NCBI RefSeq assembly: GCF_032714475.1
Contig: NZ_JAWDKD010000026.1
Location: 43,835-75,834 of the forward strand
Origin: Methanolapillus africanus
Lineage (GTDB): Archaea; Halobacteriota; Methanosarcinia; Methanosarcinales; Methanosarcinaceae
Direction: 5' to 3'
Length of the DNA stretch: 32,000 nucleotides
In this document: positions 1-9,132 of the stretch, piece by piece
How positions within the stretch are numbered: position 1 is the first letter of the stretch
How the letters are laid out: each line of letters begins with the position of its first letter
Translations under genes and position numbers: made by a program
Notes under the pieces: model-generated
Seen by the model: the letters and a program-made list of their open reading frames with translations, nothing else
Told to the model about the DNA's origin: nothing
Database searches by the model: none

Positions 1-68
1 ATGAACACTGCGCCTCCGGTGAATTCAGAAAAACGGAAAACGGTCAGCAAACGGGAAAACCGAACCAT

Positions 69-560
69 ATGAACGGTCATATGGGCGTTTCCGGAAAAGC
101 CGGTTCGATGCTTTCCGAGGATGAACTTTCCGCCTTTGACAACATGACGGACGATGAGAAAAAAGTGTTCATGCTGTCTAAAATGAAAGACCGGCTGGAC
201 ACCGATGTTTCTGAAGGCCTTTTAACGCAGGAACAAGCCGACAACATCTATGAACAAATGTCGGCCATGGATATTTCGTTCAGTCACGACGGCAGATCCA
301 TGTCTTTCGGCGTTAAGGCAAAATTTAACATGCCCGGCTTCGCACTCACTCAAGAAGAGTTGCTTTCCTTTGACAACATGACGGACGATGAAAAACACGC
401 GTTCATGTTGGAACAATTAAAGGCTCATTTGGACGCCGACGTTGAAAACGGACACCTGACCCAAGAAGAAGCCGATGAAATTTATGCACACAGCGAATCC
501 GGCGGCTTTAAAATCGGATTTTTAATGCCGACCATGCCGATGGAACCTGTTGAAAACTAA
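69..560 (+). CDS. Hypothetical protein made of two copies of a ~50-aa module (EL..FDNMTDDEK..FML...K..LD.DV..G.LTQE.AD.IY)
   Basis: ORF track. The internal duplication is visible in the translation (about res 15-65 vs 93-141). The frame stays open back to nt 3, so the true start may lie upstream of the window. Confidence 0.45.
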   Translation: MNGHMGVSGKAGSMLSEDELSAFDNMTDDEKKVFMLSKMKDRLDTDVSEGLLTQEQADNIYEQMSAMDISFSHDGRSMSFGVKAKFNMPGFALTQEELLSFDNMTDDEKHAFMLEQLKAHLDADVENGHLTQEEADEIYAHSESGGFKIGFLMPTMPMEPVEN

Positions 561-641
561 ATCACAACTAAACACACAAATCGTTGAATCTGCGTTTCAT
601 ACGCGGGAGGTCCGCCAAACACACACAAACAACCACCCATT

Positions 642-669
642 CATAGTTTAACCCACATAGTTTAACCCA
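642..669. repeat. Perfect tandem duplication of a 14-bp unit (catagtttaaccca x2)
   Basis: Read directly: 642-655 and 656-669 are identical. It lies in a G-poor intergenic tract. Confidence 0.9.
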
Positions 670-801
670 CCCTGTAAATTAAAAAACGAAATATTTTTTG
701 AGCCCCAAACTCAAAAAGCTCAACCCAAACCCAAACATTAATGCCGTCCTGATGAAAAGGGCGGCGAAAAACGAAAAAAAACAACATACGAATACCCCAA
801 C

Positions 802-825
802 AGAAGGTTGAATTTTCAACCTTCT
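802..825. terminator. Stem-loop agaaggttg / caaccttct
   Basis: Perfect 9-bp inverted repeat. It is followed by atctttt on the + strand and, about 20 nt further on the - strand, by T runs (complement of 770-790). Confidence 0.35.
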
Positions 826-940
826 ATCTTTTGTATCCATAAAATCTGTAAACCCAACAGTTCTTAAAATATTTCTCCAAAAAACTCAGGAAATCCATCC
901 GAACGGATGGATTTTTTTGACGTTTTCGATTTTTCACTGT

Positions 941-1345
941 TTTCTAACAATACACCCGTTTCTTGGTACCGTTTTGCATCTTCTATTTCTAACAATACAC
1001 CCGTTTCTTGGTACCGTTTTGCATCTTCTATTTCTAACAATACACCCGTTTCTTGGTACCGTTTTGCATCTTCTATTTCTAACAATACACACGTTTCTTG
1101 GTACCGTTTTGCATCTTCTATTTCTAACAATACACACGTTTCTTGGTACCGTTTTGCATCTTCTATTTCTAACAATACACACGTTTCTTGGTACCGTTTT
1201 GCATCTTCTGTTTCTAACAATACACCAGTTTCTTAGTACCGTTTTGCATCTTCTATTTCTAACAATACACCTATTTCTTGATACCGTTTTGTACCTTTCA
1301 GTTTCCAACAATACAGTTGTTCACTTGTTCCAATCTGCATCTGTT
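941..1345. repeat. 45-bp tandem repeat, 8 well-conserved units plus 1 degenerate unit (unit tttctaacaatacacCCgtttcttggtaccgttttgcatcttcta)
   Basis: Unit starts at 941, 986, 1031, 1076, 1121, 1166, 1211, 1256 and 1301. Units 1-3 are identical (acaccc). Units 4-6 carry acacac. Units 7-9 are progressively diverged. There are no spacers between units. Confidence 0.95.
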
Positions 1346-1378
1346 ACCAATATTTCCAATCCAGATTGAATGTAAAAT

Positions 1379-1413
1379 CCGCTTAAACAGACGCAAAGCG
1401 TCTGTTTAAGCGG
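1379..1413. terminator. Perfect 16-bp stem / 3-nt loop hairpin (ccgcttaaacagacgc-aaa-gcgtctgtttaagcgg)
   Basis: Arms 1379-1394 and 1398-1413 are exact reverse complements. It lies ~130 nt downstream of the minus-strand gene ending at 1544. On the minus strand it is followed by ggatttta. Function (terminator vs structured RNA) is not established. Confidence 0.4.
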
Positions 1414-1543
1414 GATGGTTTGCTTGAAACAAAAAGAAAAAGAGTGGGAAATATTGAAAGAAAAGTCAAAACCAACCCGCCGGTTTTGTGACGCAAAACG
1501 AAAAAGTGTCGCTATAACGCGCGCGCCGCCACCATCTTAAAAA

Positions 1544-2257
1544 TCAAACTTTATTTATCCGGTCCCTCATTTTGTCCCAGTCTGCCGTTCCGATCAAACA
1601 GCAATTCCGCATCGTGCCGTACATTTCTTTGAATCTGGACATCGGAATCGTAAAGCTGAGAACATTTTTTTCGATATGGGGGCGCACCGACGGATCAAAG
1701 AGGCCGATAAATGTTCGCCGGCCGTTTCTGTTGTTCTCGGCAACCGCTTCTGCGATCACGGAAGAACAGCCGGCGCCGAACTTAGACGTCACCGCGCCGT
1801 CCGAATTGTTGTCAAAATAAGCCCAGGACGCTAAACCCGACAGCATGTCCGGCGTTGCAAAAAATATGATTCCTTCGACGTCGTCGAAACGTTCAACCTG
1901 GTCGACGCGGGCTAAATTAAGATATTTCTTGCGGGCGCGCTGCACATCAAGTTGATTTAAGAAATCAATCACCAACTCCGGCGTCTCTTTGTATTTTTCT
2001 TTGCCGGACACGAAATTGGGGACGAAAGGCGGCATTTCCGTAAATCCGGTGTAGAATTTTCCGCCGGGACAGCTGATGTTTTCCGCATTCAAACCGGCCG
2101 GTTTCCCGTCCCGGACGTTTCGCATTTCCTTGAAAAAACAACCGGTGATTTTCTCGGTTTGCGCAACCGGCGTATTCGAATACCAAAATGCGACCGGCAG
2201 CTCGGCGGATTCGCCGAACGCTTCTTTGTAATTTTGAATAAATGTGATGATTTCCAT
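1544..2257 (-). CDS. DUF169-like (COG2043-type) protein of unknown function
   Basis: 237-aa ORF. Size and motifs (CPGG, ATPDML, GAGCSS) resemble my recollection of the archaeal/bacterial DUF169 family. Not verified by search. Confidence 0.4.
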   Translation of the reverse strand: MEIITFIQNYKEAFGESAELPVAFWYSNTPVAQTEKITGCFFKEMRNVRDGKPAGLNAENISCPGGKFYTGFTEMPPFVPNFVSGKEKYKETPELVIDFLNQLDVQRARKKYLNLARVDQVERFDDVEGIIFFATPDMLSGLASWAYFDNNSDGAVTSKFGAGCSSVIAEAVAENNRNGRRTFIGLFDPSVRPHIEKNVLSFTIPMSRFKEMYGTMRNCCLIGTADWDKMRDRINKV

Positions 2258-2389
2258 ACGTTCAATTTTGAATTTAACCTTATATCTATTTTATTGCGCC
2301 GCCGCTGCAATTTTAAAATTTTTAACATCAGTCACTCTGTTATTCAACAACTACAAATATAAAAAATACTTTGAAATATAACAAATCAT

Positions 2390-4057
2390 TTGAATTATAC
2401 TAAATTCAAACGCTCACATTCAAATAAAATGCTGCCTGCAGCTCAAAATGGTCAAATCATGACGCTTCAAAATCAAATCTACGACTTAAAGCAAGCCTAC
2501 GAAAAAAGCACCCGCTCCAAAGAAACAATTCTCGAAATTTACAACGGCATCGACGACAAAAACGCCATCTACCAATCGACCGGCAAAAACTCATTGATTC
2601 ACATCGCCGCCAGCTACGCCGATGGCGAAAACATTCGCCGCTTGGTGGAAGCCGGCGCTCAAGCCAACGTCGTCAACGATTACGAACAAACGCCGCTTCA
2701 CCTCTTGTGCGATTCCATCCATCTCGGATTTTACCGCCCGAGCGACGAAGAAATTTATGACGCGACCTGTGCGCTTTTGGACGCCAAAGTCAGTGCGCTT
2801 CGAAAAGATGACGGCGGACGAACCTGTTATCACGTTGCCGCCAACAAAGGCGTTTATCCGATGATCCACGCCATGATTGACCGCGGCGTCAAACTCAACA
2901 TGACCGACAAAAACGGACACACAATTTTGCATCTGGCCGCCGAAGGCGTCCGTCTTCCGCTCGAAAGCCGTCAATACCGCGTCAAGGATTACGAGCACGC
3001 GAAAGAAGAAGCGGCAAAGCCGGCGGTCAGCCCGACGTTTGATCAAATCAATCAAGAACGGTTGGAGCGGACGGAAAAAGACTACAAACAAAACGAACAC
3101 CTCATCGACAATTATTTTCAAATCGTTAAATCCGTCGTCAACGCCGGTTTAATCGATCCGGATGAAAAAGACAACTATGATAAAACCGCACTCGATTACG
3201 CGATTGCCAGCAATTCCAAAATCATTGCCGCCTTCTTAAAAGGCGAATACGATGAAAGCAACCCGAACAGCGCCGCCGCCGGCGGTATGACGCTTCACCA
3301 AGCCGTCGACAAAAATGACGCCGAAGCCGTCAAAGCGATCATCGCCAACGGCGCCGACCTGCACGAAGTTTTCCACGAACCGTACAACAAATTAGACGGC
3401 AAAACGCCGCTTGCCGTCGCCTGTTCCAACGGATACGCCGACATGGTTCAAATCTTGCTGGACGCCGGCGCCGACCCGAATTTCAAATCCGGCGAAGGCG
3501 GTTACACAGCCGTTCGTTCCTTGGTCCGAAACATCAAAGACGTTCACTTCAAAACCACCGGTAAAGACATTGAAACCATTCTCAAAAGCATGGCGAAAGC
3601 CGGCCTGGATATCAACGGCTTTGTGGACGACGACGAAAACACGGCTCTCATTGAAACCTGCAACACGGTTTATAGAACAAACCTGAACGAATCCAACAAC
3701 AGAGAAGGCATGCTTTTCCACACGATTATGAATCTCGGCGCCGACGTCAACATCGCCAACAAAAAAGGAAAAATGCCGCTCATGATCGTCGCCGAAAAAG
3801 ACGCCGACTTAGAAAACGCGTTCATCATGTTCCTGGAAGCCGGCGCCAAAACAGACGTTTGCGACATTGACGGCAACACGCCCGCGATGTACGCCGCTCA
3901 AAACCGCAAGCAGAACAACGCCAAAAATTACATTGAATTGATGACGGCTTTCGGCGATATCAAAGCGGACGCCGTCAACAACAAAGGTCAAACGGCACTT
4001 CAAATCGCGACGGAAAAGAATCACGAAGCGGTCGTTAAAATGCTTTTGTCGATGTGA
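2390..4057 (+). CDS. Ankyrin-repeat protein (about 10 ANK repeats)
   Basis: Repeated G.TPLH/TALH...A...G......LL.AGA..N motifs, e.g. GKTPLAVACSNGYADMVQILLDAGADPN and GHTILHLAAEG. The track start at 2390 is TTG; in-frame ATGs at 2429 and 2459 are alternatives. Confidence 0.8.
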   Translation: MNYTKFKRSHSNKMLPAAQNGQIMTLQNQIYDLKQAYEKSTRSKETILEIYNGIDDKNAIYQSTGKNSLIHIAASYADGENIRRLVEAGAQANVVNDYEQTPLHLLCDSIHLGFYRPSDEEIYDATCALLDAKVSALRKDDGGRTCYHVAANKGVYPMIHAMIDRGVKLNMTDKNGHTILHLAAEGVRLPLESRQYRVKDYEHAKEEAAKPAVSPTFDQINQERLERTEKDYKQNEHLIDNYFQIVKSVVNAGLIDPDEKDNYDKTALDYAIASNSKIIAAFLKGEYDESNPNSAAAGGMTLHQAVDKNDAEAVKAIIANGADLHEVFHEPYNKLDGKTPLAVACSNGYADMVQILLDAGADPNFKSGEGGYTAVRSLVRNIKDVHFKTTGKDIETILKSMAKAGLDINGFVDDDENTALIETCNTVYRTNLNESNNREGMLFHTIMNLGADVNIANKKGKMPLMIVAEKDADLENAFIMFLEAGAKTDVCDIDGNTPAMYAAQNRKQNNAKNYIELMTAFGDIKADAVNNKGQTALQIATEKNHEAVVKMLLSM

Positions 4058-4079
4058 ATTTTGAAAATTAAATTATCTA

Positions 4080-4120
4080 AACTCAACTGCCGGTCAATGG
4101 ACAGTTGAGTTTTCTTTTTT
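4080..4120 (+). terminator. Hairpin aactcaactg/cagttgagtt followed by ttctttttt
   Basis: 10-bp perfect stem with a 12-nt loop, then a T-run, 23 nt after the ankyrin stop codon. Confidence 0.6.
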
Positions 4121-4281
4121 ATTTGATATCACGTTGTCTGAAAACAGATCGTTTGATATCTCTTTTTTATTTTTTTCAAAACAATAAGTTATAAATATTT
4201 TTCGATTTTATCATTTTCAAATATTTTATATGCCATTGGGTTTCAAGTGTTTTTGCTTTACCAGCACTTGGTTGTGATCCG

Positions 4282-4908
4282 ATGTCCAAAATTGTCCTTG
4301 ACGCGAATATTCCGATTTCATTCATCCACGAGCGTGTGGATCTTTGGAATCTGTTTTGCGATATTGTCAAGACAGACGGACATACCGTCATCATGCCGGC
4401 CGAAGTCTACGACGAGGTTTCAGATTGGAAAACAAAAAGAATCTTTCAAAATGAAGATTTTATTCAAAAAGTCGACGTTGATGTTGATCTGTTCCGGCAG
4501 ATCAAGAATGAATGCGACAACAGGCTCGGACGAAATATGATTCAAGACAACGATTTCAGAGTTTTGACGGCGGCGGTTGAAAACAACGCAGACATTTTAG
4601 TGTCGAACGATTATGAATTGATTAATGTATTTGGTGCTTACAAAACAATCTCCTCTCGAAAAATAAAATGCAGGCAAATGACTACCCCCGTCTTCTTGGC
4701 GTTTTTGTATGATGCTTATCCCCTAAAATTTGATTTAAATTCGTACATTGCTGCCAATTTAAAATATTATAATCATATCGAGATTCCAAATGCAGTCGGC
4801 GGCATAAAAATTCGAAATTGGGATGAAAAAATGGTAAAAAGCAGATTTTTGTCCTTCCAAAATAATATCATTAATTCATTAAAAAAAGGTGTTCGAAATG
4901 AGTCATGA
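4282..4908 (+). CDS. PIN-domain-like nuclease with ~90-aa C-terminal extension
   Basis: N-terminal IVLDANI, then PAEVYDEV, QDNDFRVL and LVSNDYEL give the D-E-D-D acidic pattern and spacing typical of PIN domains. The gene is AT-rich. Confidence 0.5.
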   Translation: MSKIVLDANIPISFIHERVDLWNLFCDIVKTDGHTVIMPAEVYDEVSDWKTKRIFQNEDFIQKVDVDVDLFRQIKNECDNRLGRNMIQDNDFRVLTAAVENNADILVSNDYELINVFGAYKTISSRKIKCRQMTTPVFLAFLYDAYPLKFDLNSYIAANLKYYNHIEIPNAVGGIKIRNWDEKMVKSRFLSFQNNIINSLKKGVRNES

Positions 4909-5272
4909 AATAGAAGATGAATTTAGTATCAACAATCCCGGTTCTGCCATACTATCCAGTGGTTGGATGACTGAAAAAGATTGGGAATTTACATTTGAAT
5001 GCTTGGAAGAAAGCAGAAGGTCAATAAAAGAATTGACTCAGCAGATTATAAGGGAAAGGGAAGAAAGAAACCGGAAGAATGGAATTATTATTCCGGAACC
5101 GGAGATTCCGAATTTCACATACGAATTAACGAATTTGGATCAAAATGATTCGGAAAATTCAATTCAATATTCAGATGAGCGGTTGGTTTTGTCGCCGGCT
5201 GCCGCCAAAATTTTGTTGGAGAAATTAGAAAGAGATGTTCAGTTATATGAAAAGGAAGTTGGAGAAATTTAA
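4898..5272 (+). CDS. Hypothetical acidic / coiled-coil protein
   Basis: The ORF track gives a GTG at 4889. ATG at 4898 is preceded by aggtg at 7-nt spacing. It overlaps the PIN ORF stop (4906-4908). No family recognised. Confidence 0.4.
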   Translation: MSHEIEDEFSINNPGSAILSSGWMTEKDWEFTFECLEESRRSIKELTQQIIREREERNRKNGIIIPEPEIPNFTYELTNLDQNDSENSIQYSDERLVLSPAAAKILLEKLERDVQLYEKEVGEI

Positions 5273-5685
5273 TCTTTTAAAATTTTAATTTCCTCTTCCA
5301 ACTTATTAACTCTTAATTGCAAGTCCAAATATTCACTATCTTTTTTATTTTGACTATACAATACAATAGCTGAAGAAATTCCGCCCAATGTCGCTGTAAC
5401 TGATATCAATGTTGCTTGAAACAAACCCTGAAAAGATTGATCTTGATTTAAAACAACTGTGTCATAGGTTTCTGTATTAATGAAAATAATATAATAAAAT
5501 ATAAACTCTGCAAATACAAAAACAAATCCAATAGAAAAGAAAAAAACTCCAAAAGACATTAATGGAATACTCCAATTACATTTCCATTGAGTGGATTCTT
5601 TTCTCCAGGAGTGACCTATTCCAAATATAATAATACCTAAAACACCAATAAAACCGCTGACAAAAAGAGAAATAAAATTAACCAT
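5269..5685 (-). CDS. Small membrane protein (3 hydrophobic helices plus C-terminal coiled coil)
   Basis: Hydrophobic segments FISLFVSGFIGVLGIIIFGI, LMSFGVFFFSIGFVFVFAEFIFYYIIF and LISVTATLGGISSAIVLY. GGTGA lies 5 nt upstream of the ATG. Its stop codon overlaps the stop of the convergent 4898..5272 ORF (ttaa at 5269-5272). Confidence 0.5.
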   Translation of the reverse strand: MVNFISLFVSGFIGVLGIIIFGIGHSWRKESTQWKCNWSIPLMSFGVFFFSIGFVFVFAEFIFYYIIFINTETYDTVVLNQDQSFQGLFQATLISVTATLGGISSAIVLYSQNKKDSEYLDLQLRVNKLEEEIKILKD

Positions 5686-5694
5686 TTAATCACC

Positions 5695-5733
5695 AAAAAA
5701 GTAAAAAAGAGCTTGATAAATTATTTATCAAGC
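5695..5733 (-). terminator. Palindrome gcttgataaat/atttatcaagc overlapping the porB stop, followed by two T6 runs on the minus strand
   Basis: 5711-5733 is a perfect palindrome. The complements of 5703-5708 and 5695-5700 are T6 runs. Confidence 0.5.
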
Positions 5734-6617
5734 CCGTAGAAAGCGATATTCTTGTCGGCCATCGCTTGAATCTTCTTAATTTCCTCTGCGCCGCCTTCCA
5801 TTTTAAACAAGTGTTTGAAACGGGATTGGGTTTTGAGGTAGTCTTCCACCGGTTTCGGATCCTTCACCTTTTTCACGCTGGTGACGACGCCGTCTTCCAT
5901 TTCGAAAAGCGGCCAGAGGCATGTGTCGACAGCCAATTTGGCGATTTCGATGGTTTTGGACGAGTCAAAACCCCAGCCGGTCGGGCAGGGAGCGTGGGCG
6001 TGAATGTAGGTCGGGCCGACCACATCGGTCGCTTTTTTGACTTTTTTAATCATGTCGTTGGCGTAGCCGATAGAGGTGGTGGCGACATACGGGGAACCGT
6101 GAGCGGCCATAATGGCCGGCATGTCTTTCTTTTTGGTCGCGTTGCCGTAAGACGCTTTTCCGAACGGACTGGTCGTCGTGGACGCGCCGAAAGGCGTTCC
6201 GCTGCTGCGCTGGACGCCGGTGTTCATGTACGCTTCGTTGTCGATACAAACGTAAGTGATGTCGTGTCCGCGTTCAAACGCGCCGGAAAGGGCGCCGATG
6301 CCGATGTCCATGGTGGATCCGTCGCCGCCGATGCCGATCACTTTCGTGTTGTTTTTGCGGCCGAGCGCAATGAGGGCTGCTTCGACGCCGGAGGCAACCG
6401 CGCCGCCGTTTTCGAAGAGCGAGTGAATCCAGGGGACGTTCCAAGCGGTTTTCGGGAACGGTGTGGTCATCACTTCCAAACAGCCGGTCGGGTTCACGAT
6501 AATACAGTCCGAGCCGACCGCCATCAAAACGTATTTGGCGGCGAGCGCGTCACAACATCCGGCACAGCCGTTGTGGCCGGGCGTGAGCAAATTGAAAGGC
6601 TTGTTGTCGGTGCTCAT
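5721..6617 (-). CDS. porB: Pyruvate:ferredoxin oxidoreductase, beta (TPP-binding) subunit
   Basis: GCxGC near the N-terminus, [17 protein letters not shown] motif, 298 aa, last gene of a G-D-A-B operon. Confidence 0.8.
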   Translation of the reverse strand: MSTDNKPFNLLTPGHNGCAGCCDALAAKYVLMAVGSDCIIVNPTGCLEVMTTPFPKTAWNVPWIHSLFENGGAVASGVEAALIALGRKNNTKVIGIGGDGSTMDIGIGALSGAFERGHDITYVCIDNEAYMNTGVQRSSGTPFGASTTTSPFGKASYGNATKKKDMPAIMAAHGSPYVATTSIGYANDMIKKVKKATDVVGPTYIHAHAPCPTGWGFDSSKTIEIAKLAVDTCLWPLFEMEDGVVTSVKKVKDPKPVEDYLKTQSRFKHLFKMEGGAEEIKKIQAMADKNIAFYGLDK

Positions 6618-7828
6618 AACAAATCCTCCTTGACGTCGTTGAAACGCGATTCAATCGTGATCTTTCCGGTTTTTGCAACCGTTTTCGTTTCCTCGATGAT
6701 TTCTTCAATGTGAGACGGTTTAATGTCGCGGCCGCCGTGTCCGACCATGTAGCCGATCATCGGAATCCGGGTCGGGGTGTTGTACATGCCGGCTTTGATT
6801 TCCGTGAACAAAATGCCTTCGTTGCGGCCCAGAGAAATGTCTTTCTCAATGACGGCAATCGCTTTGGCTTTGCCCAGTGCTTTGTTGATGACTTCCGTCG
6901 GGAACGGGCGAAAAGCGCGGATTTTTAAGATACCGACTTTTTCGCCGCGGGCGCGGTAGGCGTCGACAACGTCTTTCATCGTTCCGAGAACGGAGCCGAA
7001 CGACACGAGAACAATTTCGGCGTCTTCCATTTGATATTCGTCAATGAGGCCGCCGTGGTAGCGTCCGGTGACTTTTTGGAAGTCCTTGGCCGCTTGTTCG
7101 ATAATCGGAAGCGCACGTTTCATGGCTTCTTCTTGCGAATACCGGAATTCCGTGTAGAACGACGGGTCAGCCAGCGTACCGAACGATTTCGGATTTTTCG
7201 GATCCAAATAGTTGTCCGGTTTAAACGGCGGCAAGAATTTGTCCGCTTCGCCTTGGTCCATCAAAACGACCGGTTCGTACACGTGGGACAATTGGAATCC
7301 GTCCATACAAACCATAATCGGAAGGAGGACATTTTTGTCTTCGGCAATCTTAAACGCCTGAAGAACCGTGTCGGCCGCTTCCTGAGTGTCTTCGGTATAG
7401 ATTTGAATCCAGCCGCAGTCGCGTTGGGACAAGGAGTCCTGCTGGTCGTTCCAGATGTTGATCGGGGCGCCGACGGCGCGGTTGACGACCGTCATCACGA
7501 TCGGAAGGCGCATGCCGGAGGCGTTGAACAACGCTTCGTGCATCAATAAAAGTCCTTGGGACGTGGTGGCCGAGTAAGTCCGGGCGCCGGTTGCGGACGC
7601 GCCGATGAGTGCGGAAATCGCGGAGAATTCGGACTCGACGTTGATGTATTCGCAGCCCGGAATTTCGGCGTCTGCCATCATTTTGGATAAGTCTTCCACG
7701 ATGTGGGTCTGGGGCGTAATCGGGTACGCGGAGATGACCTGCGGACGGGAAACTTTCGCGGCGTGCGCGGTCGCGTAAGAACCTTCGACGACGACCATCT
7801 TGGATTTGTCTTTCGGGTTGACTGCCAT
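6614..7828 (-). CDS. porA: Pyruvate:ferredoxin oxidoreductase, alpha subunit
   Basis: [25 protein letters not shown]...YPITPQT is typical of 2-oxoacid:Fd oxidoreductase alpha subunits. I place the start at the ATG at 7828 (ggaggagaaataATG), which overlaps the porD stop (TAATG), not at the track start 7900. Confidence 0.8.
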   Translation of the reverse strand: MAVNPKDKSKMVVVEGSYATAHAAKVSRPQVISAYPITPQTHIVEDLSKMMADAEIPGCEYINVESEFSAISALIGASATGARTYSATTSQGLLLMHEALFNASGMRLPIVMTVVNRAVGAPINIWNDQQDSLSQRDCGWIQIYTEDTQEAADTVLQAFKIAEDKNVLLPIMVCMDGFQLSHVYEPVVLMDQGEADKFLPPFKPDNYLDPKNPKSFGTLADPSFYTEFRYSQEEAMKRALPIIEQAAKDFQKVTGRYHGGLIDEYQMEDAEIVLVSFGSVLGTMKDVVDAYRARGEKVGILKIRAFRPFPTEVINKALGKAKAIAVIEKDISLGRNEGILFTEIKAGMYNTPTRIPMIGYMVGHGGRDIKPSHIEEIIEETKTVAKTGKITIESRFNDVKEDLL

Positions 7829-8109
7829 TATTTCTCCTCCAACGTCATGGTGATCACGTCTTTGGGGCATTCGTTCGCGCAAATGCCGCATCCTTTGCAA
7901 TAATCATAATTGGCTTTGTACAAGCACTTTCCTTTGTCGTTGGCCGTTGCCGGGTCCGGATAAATGCACATGTCCGGGCAGGCGATTTCACAAATCGCGC
8001 AGCGGATGCATTTGTCGTAATCAAAGACCGGCATAAATGTTCTCCAGCCGCCGGTTTTGTTTTCCATGGCGGTTCCCGGGTCGCAGACGGCGCCGATTGT
8101 CACTTTCAT
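7828..8109 (-). CDS. porD: Pyruvate:ferredoxin oxidoreductase, delta (2x[4Fe-4S] ferredoxin) subunit
   Basis: Two CxxCxxCxxxCP clusters ([24 protein letters not shown]), 93 aa. Confidence 0.8.
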   Translation of the reverse strand: MKVTIGAVCDPGTAMENKTGGWRTFMPVFDYDKCIRCAICEIACPDMCIYPDPATANDKGKCLYKANYDYCKGCGICANECPKDVITMTLEEK

Positions 8110-8660
8110 TCTTCCATCTCCTTCTTGACAGCGTCGTAAGCTGTTTGAATGGCCTCGGCATTTTTCCGGCCGACTTCGCCGGAGAAACGGTCGCGAACGG
8201 CGTCCTGAATGGACGGGACAGCCACTTCGCCGGTGGCCGCCGCAAAGGCGCCCAGCAAAACCGTGTTCACAATCGGAACACCAATGATATCAATCGCGAT
8301 TTTGGTCGCGTCCACCGTTAAAATCCGGGCTTTCGTATCCAAATTTTTAAAAGCGCTCGCGGATTCTTTGGTGTTGATGATGAGCGCGCCGGTCGGCTTG
8401 AGACCGCCGGTCACGTTGACGACGTCAAGGAGCGTCGGATCTTGGACGATGACGTAGTCCGGTTCATAAATTTGACTTCTGATTCGAATCGGCATGGTGT
8501 CGAGACGGGTAAACGCCTGAACAGGCGCTCCGCGGCGTTCCACACCGAAAGCCGGGAAAGCTTGAGAATATTTTCCATCGCTGAAAGCGGCAATGGAAAG
8601 AAGCTCAGCGGCCGTGACGGATCCCTGCCCGCCGCGTCCATGAATTCTGATTTCTTTCAT
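8106..8660 (-). CDS. porG: Pyruvate:ferredoxin oxidoreductase, gamma subunit
   Basis: [22 protein letters not shown]-terminus characteristic of gamma subunits. ATGA overlap with porD. gaggt RBS-like sequence upstream. Confidence 0.8.
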   Translation of the reverse strand: MKEIRIHGRGGQGSVTAAELLSIAAFSDGKYSQAFPAFGVERRGAPVQAFTRLDTMPIRIRSQIYEPDYVIVQDPTLLDVVNVTGGLKPTGALIINTKESASAFKNLDTKARILTVDATKIAIDIIGVPIVNTVLLGAFAAATGEVAVPSIQDAVRDRFSGEVGRKNAEAIQTAYDAVKKEMEE

Positions 8661-9066
8661 TCTGGTAACCTCTAAAAATGATTAAGTAGGCTAAGTATCG
8701 TTTTTGAATGGTTTTTCCGTTCAGTTTTTGTTCGTTTTTCAACAAAAAAACCAAAATATCAGTCAAAATACCAATCGAAAAACCTGTCAAAAGTCACGAT
8801 TTTCGACCGGGTTTTCGGGTCCGTTTTTATGAAAAAGAAGCCATTGCGGCTCGTTTTCGGTTATATATTGTGTGACTAATAATAATGACAAATGCTAAAC
8901 TCTATCGTTCCATATTAAGCTTTTGGCGTTGGTTTACGTTTAAAAAATGAGGAAGATGAAATCCATCTAAATATGTATTGGGGTGACATTATTTTGCTAT
9001 TAAATATAATTTTTATTTTATGAAAAAGAGATTTATTTATTCAGGGGCGAAAGGTTAACAATATCT

Positions 9067-9132
9067 TCTAAAAACTATTCGCCAATATTCTAAAAATTAT
9101 TCACCAATATTCTAAAAATTATTTCCCAATCT
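9067..9132 (-). repeat. 22-bp unit repeated three times across the dus stop codon (tctaaaaaYtattYNcccaatMt)
   Basis: Units at 9067-9088, 9089-9110 and 9111-9132. The third contains the real C-terminal codons plus stop of dus. On the minus strand each unit reads ...TAA/TAG followed by TTTTT. Confidence 0.85.

Noticed and set aside
941-1345. The tandem repeat as a second kind of CRISPR array
   Set aside because: The units abut each other with no intervening unique spacers, and there is no similarity to the CRISPR repeat.
864-1369. Four overlapping ORFs across the 45-bp tandem repeat, treated as possible repeat proteins
   Set aside because: Four of six frames are open only because the unit lacks stops in those frames. 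There are no RBS/promoter cues and the frames change where units diverge. Kept as a non-coding repeat, with the coding alternative noted in findings.
5766-7549. Long plus-strand ORFs (5766..6713, 7031..7549 and others) opposite porB/porA
   Set aside because: They are shadow ORFs antisense to well-supported POR subunits. Their translations are Arg/Gly/Val-rich with no motifs.
7829-7900. The 24-codon N-terminal extension of porA in the ORF track ([24 protein letters not shown])
   Set aside because: It overlaps the porD coding sequence. The internal ATG at 7828 has a ggagga RBS and gives the canonical MAVNPK... alpha-subunit N-terminus.
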